A stretch of DNA of 62,724 nucleotides, the filler included, from Chiloscyllium plagiosum (lineage: Eukaryota): the NCBI RefSeq assembly GCF_004010195.1. It is 5 parts of one record of this genome, joined end to end, with 100 filler letters (N's around TTAATTAATTAA, not from the genome) between each part and the next. Parts side by side here need not be neighbours in the genome. Positions count along the whole stretch, not along the records: positions 29,786 to 46,496 come from NC_057711.1; positions 46,597 to 57,011 come from NC_057711.1; 3 more parts are not named here. One strand, written 5' to 3'. Below, piece after piece: positions 37,193-50,616 of the stretch (positions are counted from its first letter, which is position 1; the number at the start of each line of letters is the position of its first letter). Both the position numbers and the translations under genes were made by a program. The notes beneath the pieces were generated by a model, which searched no databases, had not been told where the DNA came from, and was given only the letters and a program-made list of their open reading frames with translations.

Positions 37193-37772
37193 TTCATAGA
37201 GTCATAGAGTCTATGTACAGCATGGAAACAGACCCTTCGGTCCAACCCATCCATGCCGACCAGACATCCCAACCCAATCTAGTCCCACCTGCCAGCACTC
37301 GGCCTTTATCCCTCCAAACCCTTCCTATTCATGTACCCTTCCAAATGCCTCTTAAATGTTGCAATTGTACCAGCCTCCACCACTTCCTCTGGCAGCTCAT
37401 TCCATACAGATACCACCCTCTTTGTGAAAAAGTTGCCCCTTAGGTCTCTTTTATATCTTTCCCCTCTCACCCTAAACCTATGTCCTCTAGTTCTGGACTC
37501 CCCGACCCCAGGGAAAAGACTTTGCCTATTTACCCTATCCATGCCCCTCGTAATTTTGTGAACCTCTATAAGGTCACCCCTCAGACTCCAACGCTCCAGG
37601 GAAAACAGCCACAGCCTGTTCAGCCTCTCTCTATAGCTCAGATCCTCCAACCCTGGCAACATCTTTTCTGAACCCTTTCAAGTTTCACAACATCTTTCTG
37701 ATAGGAAGGAGACCAGAATTGCACGTAATATTCCAACAGTGGCCTAACTAATGTCCTGTACAGCCGCAACAT
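37193..37772 (-). mobile_element. CR1/HER1 3' fragment nested in the larger CR1
   Basis: Minus ORF 37306-37662 [33 protein letters not shown]. Confidence 0.9.
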
Positions 37773-38920
37773 GAGAAGTCAGAATTAAGATTTCAAGATC
37801 ACAAGAAGGCACTGGCAAGCAAGGAGTTGGTTTGAAGTGTGTCTGCTTCAGGAGCATCTGGAATAATGTGGGTGAACTTGCAGCATGGGTTGGTACCTTG
37901 AGTTTCGATGCCATGGTCATTTCAGAGACATAGGTAGAGCAGGGACAGGAATGGTTATTGCAGGTTCTGGGATTTAGATGGTTCAGTAAGAACAGAGAAA
38001 ATAGCAAAAGAGGGGGTGGTGTGGCACTGTTAGTCAAAGACAGTATTACAATTTCAGAAAGGATGTTTGAGGACTCATCTACTCAGGTAGTATGGGCCGA
38101 AGTTAGAAACAGGAAAGGAGAGGTTACCTTGTTGGGAGTTTTCTATAGGCCTCCAAATAGTTCCAGAGATGTAGAGGATTGGATAGCAAAGATGATCCTC
38201 AATACAAGCAAGTGTGACAGGGTAGTTGTTATGGGGGACTTTAACTTTCCAAATATTGACTGGAAATACGATAGTTCATATACTTTAGATGGGTTAGTTT
38301 TTGTTCAATGTGTGCAGGAGGGTTTCCTGACACAGTATGTAGGCAGGCCAACAAGGGGAGAGGCCACATTAGATTTGATACTGGATAATGAACCTGGCCA
38401 AATATTAGATTTGGAGGTAGGTGAGCACTTTGATGATAGTGACCACAACTCAGTTATGTTTACTTTAATGATAGAAAGGAATAGGTATATACTGCAGGGC
38501 CAAAGTTATAGCTGGGGGAAAGGCAATGATGATGCAATTAGGCAAGATTTAGGATCCATAGGATGGGGAAGAAACTTGCAGGTGATGGGCGCAATTGAAA
38601 TGTGGAGCTTATTCAAGGACCAGCTACTGCAGGTCCTTGATAATTATGTACCGGTCAGGTAGGGAGCAAGTTGTTGAGTGCAGGAGGCAAGGTTTACTAA
38701 GGAAGTTGAATCTCTCGTCAAGAGGAAGAAGAAGGCTTATGTTAGGATGTGACGTGAAGGCTCAGTTAGGGCGCTTGAGAGTTACAGGTTTACCAGGAAA
38801 GACCTAAAGAGAGAGCAAAGAAAAGTCAGTAGAGGACTTAAGAAATCGTTGGTGGATAGGATCAAGGTAAACCCTAAGGCTTTCTGTAGATATATCAAGA
38901 ATAAAAGAATGACTAAAGTA

Positions 38921-39180
38921 TTCAAAGTTTGTGAGAAGATTTGTAGCTCGGGTGCTCGTTGCTCCATCAACAAACACAAAGACCTGGACCCAATATACCG
39001 GCCACTACAGCGGACAGCTGAAACTGACAACCGGAAGTGGCAGGGACAGACCACTATAAATGCCGGAGGAAACACCACAGAAGCGCTTCACAGGAGGCTC
39101 CCAAGTACTGAGGATGTCACCTAGCCAGGGGACGAAACGTTTGCAACAAAAACTTCCAGCTCGGCGAACAGAACCACAGC
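38921..39180. mobile_element. Penelope-like family D insertion with internal inversion and intact hammerhead core
   Basis: 13-bp TSD AATGACTAAAGTA (38908-38920, 39181-39193); matches the element at 16437; CTGAGGA-TGTCACCTAGCCAGGGGAC-GAAACGTT at 39108-39141. Confidence 0.88.
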
Positions 39181-41121
39181 AATGACTAAAGTAAGATCAG
39201 GATCAATCAAGTATAGCAGTGGGAAGTTGTGGGTGGAGTCAGAGGAGATGGGGAAGTGCTAAATGAATACTTTTCATCAGTATTCACACTAGAAAAAGAC
39301 AATGTGGTCGAGGAGAATACTGAGATATAGGCTACTAGACGAGATGGGATTGATGTACATAAGGAGGAGGTGTTAGCATTTCTGGAAAGTGTAAAAATAG
39401 ATGTCTCCTGGACTGGATGGGATTTATCCTAGGATTCTCTGGGAAGCCAGGGAGGAGCTTGTTGGGCCTTTGGCTTTGAACTTTATGTCGTCATTGTCTA
39501 CAATAGTGCCAGAGGATGGAGGATAGCATCAAGAAGGGGAATAGAGACAACCCTGGAAATTAAAGACCTGTGAGTCTTACTTTGGTTGTGGGTAAATGTT
39601 GGAAAGGGTTATAAGAGGTAAGATTTATAATCATCTAGCAAGGAATGAGTTGATTAGGGATAGTCAACACGGTTTTACGAAGGGTAGGTCGTGCCTCACA
39701 AACCTTATTGAATTCTTTGAGATGGTGACCAAACAAGTGGTTGATGTGGTATGTATGGATGTCAGTAAGGCATTCGATAAGGTTCCCCACAGTAGGCTAT
39801 TGCAAAAAATATGTAGGCATGGGATTGAGGGTGATTTAGTGGTTTGGATCATAAATTGGCGAGCTGAAAGAAGACAGAGGGTGGTGGTTGATGGGAAATA
39901 TTCATCCTGGAGTTCAGTTACTAGTGGGTACTGCAAGGATCTGTTTTGGGTCCACTGTTGTTTGTCATTTTTATAAATAACCTGAATGAGGGCATAGAAG
40001 GCTGGGTTAGTAAATTTGTGGATGACACTAAGGTCGGTAGAGTTGTGGATAGTGGCGAAGAATGCTGTAGGTTACAGAGAGACATAGATAAGCTGCAGAA
40101 CTGGGCTGAGTGGTGGCAAACAGAGTTAAATGCGGAAAAGTGAGAGGTGATTCACTTTGGAAGGAGTAACAGGAATGCAGGCTATTGGTAAGATTCGTGG
40201 TAGTGTAGATGAACAGAGAGATCTCGGTGCCCAGGTGCATAGATCCTTGAAAGTTGCCACCCAGGTTGATAGGGTTGTTAAGAAGGCATACGGTGTGTTA
40301 GCTTTTATTGGTAGAGGGACTGAGTTTGAGAACCATGAGATCATGCTGCTGCTGTACAAAACTCTGGGGCAGCCACATTTGGAATATTGCGTACAGTTCT
40401 GGTCACTGCATTATAGGAAGGATGTGGAAGCTTTGGAAAGGGTTCAGAGGAGATTTACTAGGATGTTGGCTGGTAAGAAGGAAGGTCTTACATGGAAAGG
40501 CCAAGGGACTTGAGGCTGTTATTGTTAGAGAGAAGAAGGTGACTTAATTAAGACATATAAGGTAATCAGAGGGTTAGATAGGTTGGGACAGTGAGTGCCT
40601 TATTCCTCGGATGACGATGGCTTTAAATTGAGGGGTGATAGATATAGGACAGATGTCAGAGGTAGTTTCTTTACTCAGATAGTGATAGGGGCATGGATCA
40701 CATTGCCTGCAACAGTAGTAGACTTGCCAACTTTAAGGGCATTTAAATGGTCATTGGATCGGCATATGGATGAGAATGGATTAGCATAGATTAGATGGGC
40801 TTCAGATTGGTTTCACAGGTTGGTGCAACATTGAGTGCTAAAGGGCCTGTACTGTGCTGTAATGTTCTACGTTATAGGTTCTATGTTCTGCTTACAGCTG
40901 CTTTCTTACATGCAAGTCGAAAGCGTTTTTCACAGTAATTTAGCTGAGAGTTTATATTTTGAAGATTTTCTCAGACATGTCAGGAAAGTGACAAAGTGCT
41001 TTCCTTAGATTTTCTTGAAAGCTATGTGATGTAAGATGGAATTGGAGGCTATATGTACACATGCTTCTCAGCATTTGTTTGCAGAGATAATATTGCAAGC
41101 AAGCACCTCCTAATTTAACCA

Positions 41122-41307
41122 CGTTAAAAATCACACAACACCAGGTTATAGTGCAACAGGTTTATTTGGAAGCACTAGCTTTCGGAGCGCTGCTCCTTCA
41201 TACCTTCCAAAAATTAGTACTTTCAAAGAAACCTGCTGGACTATAACCTGGTGTTGTGTAATTTTTAACTTTGTCCACCCCAGTCCAACACCGGCACCTC
41301 CACATCA
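41122..41307. mobile_element. Palindromic Penelope-like insertion, family A
   Basis: GTTAAAAATCACACAACACCAGGTTATAGT... / ...GGACTATAACCTGGTGTTGTGTAATTTTTAAC inverted arms. Confidence 0.85.
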
Positions 41308-41319
41308 TAATGCAACCAT

Positions 41320-42090
41320 CACAGTTTCAGTCTGTTCCGAGAACCCTCCTACCAACATCGTCATGGACAAATGCATTTGCAACAAGTTGATTGATGAGGA
41401 TGAGGCAAACAGAATTTTCTCTCCAATGATTTCTCACGACATGGTGCAGACCCTGTCTGACAGAAATGTCAGGCAGGATTCACCCAGTTCAGTCAGCAGT
41501 GGAACAATTTCACTGCTCTTGGTGATAGGCTTGAAATCTACTCCCCAAAATTCATTTTGTGCCCTTGCTAACTTCAGAGTTTCTTCCAGGTGCTGTTCAA
41601 CACGGATGAATTGCTGATTCATCAACCGATAGAAAGCAGTAGGTGGTAATCAGTCACATGTGGCCTGAAGGCATGAGATGTCCAAGAGTTTGAAGCTAGG
41701 GACAAACAGGGTTTCTGAATTGTCTACCACTGTGTAGCTGCTGCTGACAAGCCTATTTTCCTGAAAACAGAATATGCCCAGGCTCTATGATGGAGGATAC
41801 TGGATATTGGCTGTAAGGAATGGTTCAATGATTATGACTATATCAGGCTATTTTGTAACTAATCTGTCCAATAGATCTCCAATTTTTGATGCTAATATCC
41901 AGGCATTAAGAGAGAGGAGTGGATAGAAACTAGGCAGTGTGCTGTTTTGCCAGTTCTGATGCCTTGGTCGATCTTGTAGACCATTTTGTTTTATTCTCAT
42001 TCAACTTGCTTGCGGCTGTATTCCAGGCCATTTCAGAAGATATTTAAGCATCAATCACATTGCTATGTGGCTGGAGTTACACATAACCCC
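41320..42090 (-). mobile_element. L2/CR1-group LINE endonuclease region, degraded
   Basis: Minus translation YR...VEQHLEETLKLARAQNEFWGVDF resembles the APE YRP...GDFN region. Confidence 0.55.
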
Positions 42091-42217
42091 AGTTAAATTT
42101 GAAAGATATCCTTCTTGGTACATAAAGGGAATTTGAACTCATGTCTTTGGAGTCTGGGTGACTGGGTCACCAGCCTAGTAACATTACCACTATATTACTA
42201 TTCTCCCCTAGACCTAA

Positions 42218-42427
42218 TTAATTTGGAGGTGCCAGTGTTGGACTGGGGCGTACAAGTTAAAAAGCACAAAACACCAGGTTATAGTCCAACAGGTTTATTT
42301 GGAAGCACTAGCTTTCAGAGTGCTACTCACTCCACAACCACCTGATGAAGGAGCAGTGCTCAGAAAGCTAGTGCTTCCAAATAAACCTGTTGGACTATAA
42401 CCTGGTGTTGTGTGATTTTTAACCCCA
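42218..42427. mobile_element. Palindromic Penelope-like insertion, family A
   Basis: TSD TAGACCTAA (42209-42217, 42428-42436); CTGATGA-AGGAGCAGTGCTCA-GAAAGCTA at 42342-42370. Confidence 0.85.
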
Positions 42428-42588
42428 TAGACCTAAATTTTAATATATATCAATTTAATTGATCTCATACTTAGTTAAAACCTGCCTTAAGGTCAGAGAC
42501 AGCTACTCCCTTCTCAACACTGGAATTTCTTGTACTTGAATCAGGTTATGGGGTATGGAGCCGTATGACCCTGGCAGCACACAAACAT

Positions 42589-42736
42589 GTGAATAAAAAC
42601 CAAAAGAACTGCCGATGCTGTCAATCAGAAACAAAAACAGAAGTTGCTGGAAAAGCTCAGCAGGGCTGGCAGCATCTGTGAAGAGAAATCAAAAGGTAAC
42701 CTGTTCTGAGGAAGGGTCACTGGACCCAAAATGTTA
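42589..42736. mobile_element. Penelope-like insertion, family C (inverted arms)
   Basis: TSD ACACAAACAT (42579-42588, 42737-42746); CTGAGGAAGGGTCACTGGACCCAAAATGTTA. Confidence 0.8.
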
Positions 42737-42759
42737 ACACAAACATTAGTGAGTGGGTT

Positions 42760-43372
42760 ATTGAAAGGTTAGAGGAATGTGAAGCGATCTTATTGAAACA
42801 TATACAATGCGTAGGGGTCTCTACAGAGCAAAGGTTGTATCCCTTGTGGGAAACAAGATTAGAGTGGTGTTGGAAAAGCACAGCAGGTCAGTCAGCATCC
42901 AAGGAGCAGGAAAATTGACATTTTGGGCAAAAACCCTTCATTTTGATTCCCGATGAAGGGCTTTTGCCCGAAACGTTGATTTTCCTGCTCCTCGGATGCT
43001 GCCTGACCTGCTGTGCTTTTCCAGCACCACTCTGATCTCCCAGCATCTGCAGTACCCACTTTCACCTCCCTTGTGGGAGAGTCGAGGACCTGAAAGTATA
43101 ATCTCAGTGTAGGTCATCTTCCATTTAAAACAGAGATGAGGAAGAATTTCTTCTCTCAGGGGGATGCGAATCTGTGGAATTCTTTACCACAGCAAACTGT
43201 CAAAGTTGGGTAACGAAAAATATTCAAGTTTGAATCAGTAGAAGAATCAAAGGTGATGGGGAAAAGGCAGGAGAATGGAATTAAAGATTATCAGATCAGC
43301 CACGATTTTATTGAATGGTGGAGCAAAGTCGATGGACCAAATTGCCGACTGCTCTTATGTCTCATCATCTAA
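42760..43372 (+). mobile_element. CR1 LINE 3' fragment
   Basis: GATCTTATTGAAACATATAC, GAGGAAGAATTTCTTCTCTCAG and a CR1 3' UTR remnant. Confidence 0.7.
42852..43066. mobile_element. Palindromic Penelope-like insertion, family B
   Basis: 12-bp TSD TCCCTTGTGGGA (42840-42851, 43067-43078); CCGATGAAGGGCTTTTGCCCGAAACGTT. Confidence 0.87.
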
Positions 43373-43399
43373 CGCTCTAAATTAATAGATTCTGAGGAA

Positions 43400-44430
43400 A
43401 ATCTCATTAAAAGATAAGGACCAGCTCATGGAAATGCTCAAATATAAAGACCAAAGAATGCTCGAGTCTATCTGTCACTCAGAATCAAGATTATTCTCTA
43501 TTAAGATGAAACATATGCTTAAAGCTGAGACAGATGTGTGAGGTTAATGAGATTGCTGACACTGAATACAGAAATTAATTCCAAAGTGAGTTTCCAAAAT
43601 TGTTCCATAGACTGAAGATTTAAAGTTTAGATATCACATCACTCTCAGAAAAGTTAAAACAACCTGGTTATTCATAACAAAGACACCTCCTCACTCTTAG
43701 GCAAAGTTAAAGTTGAAGGGGAAATGATGCATGACAATAATATTGAGATATGGCTACAGTCCAAAGTGAAATGGTTCTCAAGGAGCTGTGTGGATTTAAC
43801 TCAGTCAAGCAAACAGTAAAAATCAAGACCTACCCAATGTTTAATGGATGTAAAGCTACCAAAACCAGTCAAGAACACTCTCCCAGATTTTATTGACCTA
43901 CCCCTTATATATTGAGTTACCCTCCTCTAGGTATTGTAATCACTACTTCTAAAACACGGCAGTGACCCCCAATACTTGGCCTTTAGTGGTTAGATTCTGA
44001 GGATTGACTGTGGTCCAGCCCCTTGAACAAATATCCGCAGAGCTGTGAATGAGAAAAGACCAGACGTCTGATTTAACCCTGTACAGCTCCCCACTTTACC
44101 ATGATTCCCCAGACTGGTTGTACTGGACACATGGGGCAGACTGTGGCCCACTTTCCGCATTGGAGAGGTGCATAACCCCCGAACTGTGACTGCTTAACAA
44201 TCCGCCCAATTGTGCTGAAGCCTCTGGACTGATATTAGAGGCTGCCCCTGATTTTCAGTGTTTGGACTCTTGCCTGAAGCATGTCTCATTAGACTTGATG
44301 AATTACTACTTCCCGCAGTCCTTGAGACATGGCTGTTTTCTTGAAGCACATGCAATATGTCCACCTTGTACAGTGCTGGCACATGATGCAGGTGTGTGGT
44401 TGACATAACACCCTGCTGTACATTAACATG
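43400..44430. mobile_element. Heavily degraded Gypsy fragments (RT N-terminus +, possible gag zinc knuckle -)
   Basis: EFPKLF, YHITL, CVDLTQ..KTYPM on +; CQHC..GHIAC-like on - near 44350-44385. Confidence 0.4.
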
Positions 44431-45416
44431 TTCACTGCCTAGACCGTTAACTAACAGATTAGTATGACAGGGCGGCGCAACATCGAGGGCCGAAGGTCCT
44501 GTACTGTGCTGTAGTATTCTATGTTCTATGCTCATTTAAAAGCTGCTAATGTTAATGTTTTATTTCATTATTAATTCTTGATATGCAGTCTTCACTGGCA
44601 GCATTTGTAATTATTGTCTATCCCAAGGTGATATTAATGAATGGCTTGTCAGGCCACTTCAGAATGTAGATAAGTGTCAATTAGTTTGGAATGATTGACA
44701 AACAAACAGAACTAAATAAGTACAGCAGATTTCCTTCTCTAAAGGATATTTCTGAAACTGTTGGGTTCACTTCATGAGGCAGCACATCAAAGACCCCTCC
44801 AATACTCATCTAGATCCGGGTGAACAGAATTCTTCACTTAATCTTATGATAATGCCAGTTTGTGTGTCCAATTGTATTAATGGAGAACTGCTCCACTTCT
44901 TGGGAATGTGAATATGAACATATGAGTCATGAATAGGAGATGGCCATTCAGTTCCCTTGCACCTGCTCTGCCATTCAGTATGATCATGCTGACCCCTGAT
45001 AAACTTTTAACTGCTTGCTTAACAAAAACCTACCTAAACCTACCTCTCCCTTAAAAAATCCAAGGACTATGCCTCCACTACCTTTTCAGGAAGAGAGTTC
45101 CAAAGACTCATGACCGTCTGAGAGAAAGCATTTCATCTAATCTCTGTTTTAAATGGGTGAACCCTGATTTTTTAAAAGGTAGCCTCTAATCCTAGATTCG
45201 CCGAAAAGGGAATGTGACGGAAGTTCCAAAATCTTGTAACAATCTTTCATTTAGGAGTGTGGGTGCAAGTGACAAGGCTGTCTAAGACAACAGGGGAAGG
45301 AAATTAGACATTCAGAAATCTTCGACCTCAATGCTGCAACATGAGAAATACTGCTCTATATTTGAATGACTGCCCGGAAAGTTCTTCTTCCTCACCTCAT
45401 GTTCCAGAGACACTGT

Positions 45417-45740
45417 TAGAATCATAGAATCCCTATGGAAACAGGCCCTTCGGCCCAATAAGTTGACACCAACCCTCCGAAGAATAACACACCCAGACCT
45501 ATTCCCCTACATTTACTCCTGACTAATGCACTTAACCTTCACATCCCCGAACACTATGGGACAAGTTAGCATAGGTAATTCACCTAAACTGCACATCTTT
45601 GAATTGTGGAAGGAAGCTGAAGCACCCACGCAGACGCGGGGAGAATGTACAAACTCCACACAGACAGTCGGTTGGAAACGAACTCAGGTCCCTGGTGCTG
45701 TGAGGCAGCATTGCTAACTACTGGGCCACCAAGTTGCCCC
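45417..45740 (-). mobile_element. HE1-type V-SINE
   Basis: Reverse complement of the HE1 head, V-domain and tail. Confidence 0.8.
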
Positions 45741-45974
45741 ATCAAGAACATCGATAACTTGCATTTTAAAATAAATTAATCAGTGGGATGTGGGCTCCCT
45801 GGCTGGGCCAGTATTTACTGTCCATCCCTACTTGCCCTTGAAAATGTGGTGGTGAGCTGCCATGTTGTTTATTTGTTGTAGGTTGATGCAGTCAGGGAGG
45901 GAATCCCAGGATCTTGGCTCGGTGACATGGAAGGAGCAATGATACATTTCCAAGTCAGAATAGTGAGTGACTTA

Positions 45975-46216
45975 TATTAGATATTAGATTACTTACGGTA
46001 TGGAAACAGGCCCTTCGGCCCAACAAGTCCACACCAACCCTCCGAAGAGCAACCTACCCAGACCCATTCCCCTACATTTACCTCTTCACCTAACACTACG
46101 GGCAATTTAACATGGCCAATTCACCTAACCTGCACATTTTTGAACTGTGGGAGGAAACCGGAGCACCCGGAGGAAACCCACGCAGACATGGGGAGAACGT
46201 GCGGACTCCACACAGA
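45975..46216 (-). mobile_element. HE1-type V-SINE, 5' truncated
   Basis: GGGAGGAAACCGGAGCACCCGGAGGAAACCCACGCAGAC (V-domain, reverse). Confidence 0.85.
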
Positions 46217-46223
46217 TGGGCAA

Positions 46224-47065
46224 CATAGAACATAGAACAGTACAGCACAGAACAGGCCCTTCGGCCCATAATGTTGTGCCGAACATTTGTCCTAGCTTAA
46301 GCACCTATCCATGTACCTATCCAATTGCCGCTTAAAGGTCACCAATGATTCTGACTCTGCCACTCCCAAAGGCAGCGCATTCCATGCCCCCTCCACTCTC
46401 TGGGTAAAGAACCTACCCCTGACATCCCCCCTATACCTTCCACCCTTCACCTTAAATTTATGTCCCCTTGTAACACTCTGTTGTACCCGGGGAAAANNNN
46501 NNNNNNNNNNNNNNNNNNNNNNNNNNNNNNNNNNNNNNNNTTAATTAATTAANNNNNNNNNNNNNNNNNNNNNNNNNNNNNNNNNNNNNNNNNNNNACCC
46601 AATCTAGTCCCACCTGCCAGCACCTGGCCCATATCCCTCCAAACCCTTCCTATTCATGTACCAGCCTCCACCACTTCCTCTGGCAGCTCGTTCCATGCAC
46701 GTACCACCCTCTGTGTGGAAAAAGTTGCCCCTTAGGTCTCTTTTATATCTTTCCCCTCTCACCCTAAACCTATGCCCTCTAGTTCTGGACTCCCCGACCC
46801 CAGGGAAAAGACTTTGTCTATTTATCCTATCTATGCCCCTCATAATTTTGTAAACCTCTATAAGGTCACCCCTCAGCCTCCAACGCTCCAGGGAAAACAG
46901 CCCCGGCCTGTTCAGCCTCTCAAATCCTCCAACCCTGGCAACATCCTTGTAAATCTTTTCTGAACCCTTTCAAGTTTCACAACATCTTTCCGATAGGAAG
47001 GAGACCAGAATTGCATGCAATATTCCAACAGTGGCCTAACCCATGTCCTGTACAGCTGCAATGAC
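46224..47065 (-). mobile_element. Two CR1 3' fragments either side of a scaffold gap
   Basis: (CATAGAA)n tail at 46224; minus ORF 46604-46843 GESRTRGHRFRVRGERYKRDLRGNFF. Confidence 0.85.
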
Positions 47066-48344
47066 TTCAATTGGCTCCACTTTCAGATCCTCAAAATGGC
47101 CCTTATTTAAGTTAAAATAAATTAAGCCTTGGACACTCTTTTCTCCTTCAAACTGAATGTAAAATTTAATCATACTACGACTACTGGTACCTAGAAGCAA
47201 CTTCACTATGATGTTATTAATTATTCCTATCTTGTTATACAACACAGCTCAAATACCTTGCTTTCTAGTTTGCTGTAGAAAGTACTATCCTGAACTGTCC
47301 ATCAAGATTAGCTCTGTCCAATTGACTTGTTTAATCAAAATGCAGATTGTAATCACCCATGATCATTACTATACCTTTCCCAAAAGTTCCCACTATTTCT
47401 TCCTTTATAGTCCAGGAGACATGGTAATTTGTTGCCTTTATCATTTCTCATTTTAACCCAGATTGTTACTATACCCTTGTTATCTCTCTGTCATAACATT
47501 AATTAAAAGAGACATCCCTTTTCTACCGTCCTGCCATTTCTAAATATCAAGCACCCGTTAATATTCAAATGTCTATCCATATTGTCCTCCAATGTGTCTC
47601 TGCAGTGGCTCTCAGATCAAACTTAATTATTTCTATTCATGCCCTCAGTTCATCTGTTTTGTTTTGAATGCTTTGTGCATTCAGATAAAGACTTTAGTTC
47701 TAATTAATTTTGCAACCTTACTTGTTGACTCGAGATTGGTCTTGCCACACTTGCAAAGTTTCTGACTGATAAAAGAGGTGCATTTGCCAAAGCTGAGTTT
47801 GTTTATGAAAATATGAACTTTATGGAAATGCAAACCATATCTGCAGGTCCTTTCAGCTCTGAACTTTGAGAAAGGAATCAATGCAGTGATCAATGAAATT
47901 TTAGCTAATTAATCAGAATGCAAGTTGACAACTATCCCATTGTGGGAAGTTCGTGCAAAGAATTATAGCAGGATTTGGGCCCTAAAAATCCCAAATTATC
48001 TTCTGTGCTGTACAATGGAGCTCCTGCTGTAGAAGATGTGACAATTAGTTCAGTTTTATCTGAACATTTGAATGCTTTACATGCAGGGAGATGGGTTTTC
48101 ACCAGGCCTGAAGTGTCAGAGTTCTGAGGTACCATATAACATCTCAGAAGACATCAATAGACATGATTTTACTCAGATTTGGTTTTGTAAAATTAAAGCG
48201 CCATTGGAAATAGTTTGGACCTGGTAAGGCAATAGATTCTTATTGTAAGTCTGTACTTATCAATTGTGGTAATCAAACTGTTAAGGTTTATTCTTCACGA
48301 GTAATTGGAATTAATTAAAAAGCCTCAAACTCACAGCAGCTGAT

Positions 48345-49560
48345 AGACCACAAAACAGAGCAGCAGAAACAGGCCATTCCATCCATCGAGCCTATCAATG
48401 AGATCATGGCTGATGTGATGATCCTCACGTCCATTTCCCTGCCCATTCCCCATAACCCTTGATTCCCTGTCAGATCAAAAGGCTGTATAAAGCCTTAAAT
48501 GTAACTAATGACCCAGCGACAGCCCTCTGTGGTAAAGAATTCCACAAATTTCCTATCCTCTAGGAGAAGAAAGATCACCTCATCTCTGGCTTAAAAAGGT
48601 GACCCCTAACTCTCAGATTTTGCCCTCTGGTCCTAAACTCTCCCACAAGGGGAAACATCCTTTTGGCATTGTTCCTGGCACATCCCCATTAGAATCTTGT
48701 ATGTTTTAATAAGGTCGCCTCTCAATCTTCTAAATTCCAATGAGTACGGGCCCAACCTACTCAACCTTTCCACATAGGACTCTTCCCCCAGGCCCAAAAT
48801 CAGCCTAATAATCCTTCTCCGGACTGCCTCCACTGCCAGGTTATCTTTCCTTAGATAAGAAATAAGAACTTGGAATAGAAGATGGCAATTCATCCCTCGA
48901 GCCTGTTCTGCTGTTTGATAGATCTTACCTCAGCCTCAATTCCATTTTTCTGCTCAATCTCCATAACCCTTCTACCAATTACGAATTAAAAATCTATCCC
49001 CTCCTTAAATTTACTAAATGTCCTGGCACCCACTGCACTCTAGGGCAGTGAATTCCATAGATTCATGACCCTTTGAGAGATGCAATTTCTCAACATGTCC
49101 GTTTTAAATCTGTTACATCTTACCATAAAACTATGACCTTTCATTCTAGATTGCCGCATGTCTACTTTGTCAATCCCAGTCAGCACCTTACATTAATTAG
49201 CTCCCGTCTCACTCTTCTAAACTCGAGAGTATCGGTCTAAACTGCCCTTTTGGTCTTATTTCCTGCTCAATTTGTACGTTAACTTTTATGATTTATACAC
49301 AAAGACTCCCAGATCCCTCTATGCTGTAGCTTTCTGCATTTAAATAATCTTCAGCTCCTCTATTCTTGCTGCCCAAGTTCATAACCTCTCATTTTCCCCA
49401 CATTATATTTGATCTGCCAAGTTTTTGTCCACTCACTTAACCTGTCTATATCCCTGCGCAAACTCTTTGGTGTCATCCTCTTCCCGTATTTTTATATCAT
49501 TCACAAATTTGGCTATAGTACATTCACTTTCCTCATCCAGTCCTTAATATAAATTGTAAA
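48345..49560 (-). mobile_element. Nested CR1 fragments
   Basis: Minus ORF 48633-48893 SYVERLSRLG.YSLEFRRLRGDLIKTYKIL plus a second CR1 tail. Confidence 0.75.
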
Positions 49561-50616
49561 TAAAAATAAACAAGGCACCTTAAACCTCAAACATTTATGT
49601 GATAAAAGATCCCAGGAAACCAGAACCAGATCGTGGAAAAACTATCACATCGTTCCGAGTGAGTGCTCAGCTGATATGAAGAGAGGTCTAGCAAACAAGG
49701 GATGTAACAACTGTAGAACATGCAAGAAAAGCTACTGGCAAGTTTAAATATCTATTGAAGATTCGGGAACATGAGTAAAAGGCAAAGTCCATGGACTAGC
49801 AGAATGGAGTGAGGAAATGGAATGAATGGACTATTTGTATTGATGATGGGTTTAAAAGTGACTCTTGTGTTGGAAAACAGTCAAATAAGCAGAGGAAGAG
49901 CCTTCAGTGGTGCAAGAGAAAGTTCTTGTAATAGCAGTTTCAACAGATGGAACAGTGCAAACAAAGGTTGTGGTCTGAATAGATTACACAGCAGACCATT
50001 CCAGGAACAAAAATCAACACTACAAGTCCTTCTGAGCATGGTTATTTAGTAATTGCCTAAAACATTGAGACTAAATTAATAAGAGAGACAAAAATGGAGG
50101 AAATTAGTTCAAGAGTTTGGAGTTTATTCTGAGATACCTGGTAAGCAGCAGCCCACCTTTGTCTTTTGTACTGATGTGGGTTTAGCTCTTCCAGCTACAT
50201 CGATGGAAGTATAGATGGGTAAAGGTAAAGTCATCGCTGTCTCAGAGGATCACAAGGTTGTTGTCTCACTGGCGAGAGAGACAGACAGACAGACAAAAAC
50301 AGAGACAGAGACAGACACAGAGACGGAGACAGAACTGTTGGTGATTTATTCACCATGCTTCAGATGAGGGGAGAGGTTCAGAAGGAGACCTTAGCCAGTG
50401 CAGGAATTGAATCCACGCTATTGACATCACTGTGCATTATAAACCAGCATTCTAGCGAACTTAATTAACCTGTCTGCCATATCTAAATTAATAATTCAGG
50501 TTATTTAGGCTTGTTGACAAGCCCATTAACCCAAATAATATTTTGACCACACCAAATTACAGGTGAGAGTTGGCAGGGCTTTTTATGGAGGCCTACGTAA
50601 GCAGCTGGAATCTTTC

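Larger units (their letters stand above)
37004..40890 (+). mobile_element. Near full-length CR1 LINE (ORF1 esterase end, APE, RT, 3' tail), defective
   Basis: ORF1 end WDLYKQDGLHL; APE KRGGGVALLVK, GVFYRPP, MGDFNFP, LDLIL, SDHNSV; RT SQHGFTKGRSCLTNL, SKFVDDTK; tail (TTCTATG)n. Confidence 0.92.

Noticed and set aside
42852..43066. DNA-transposon MITE or pre-miRNA interpretation of the palindromes
   Set aside because: Arms are unequal, TSD lengths vary from 7 to 17 bp, and the arm sequence is attached to a GIY-YIG ORF at 56462-57011, pointing to Penelope-like retrotransposition.
49580..50140. Possible Gmr1-like IN-RT linker remnant (ELVQEF..LF.D.PG)
   Set aside because: Too degraded to support without a search.
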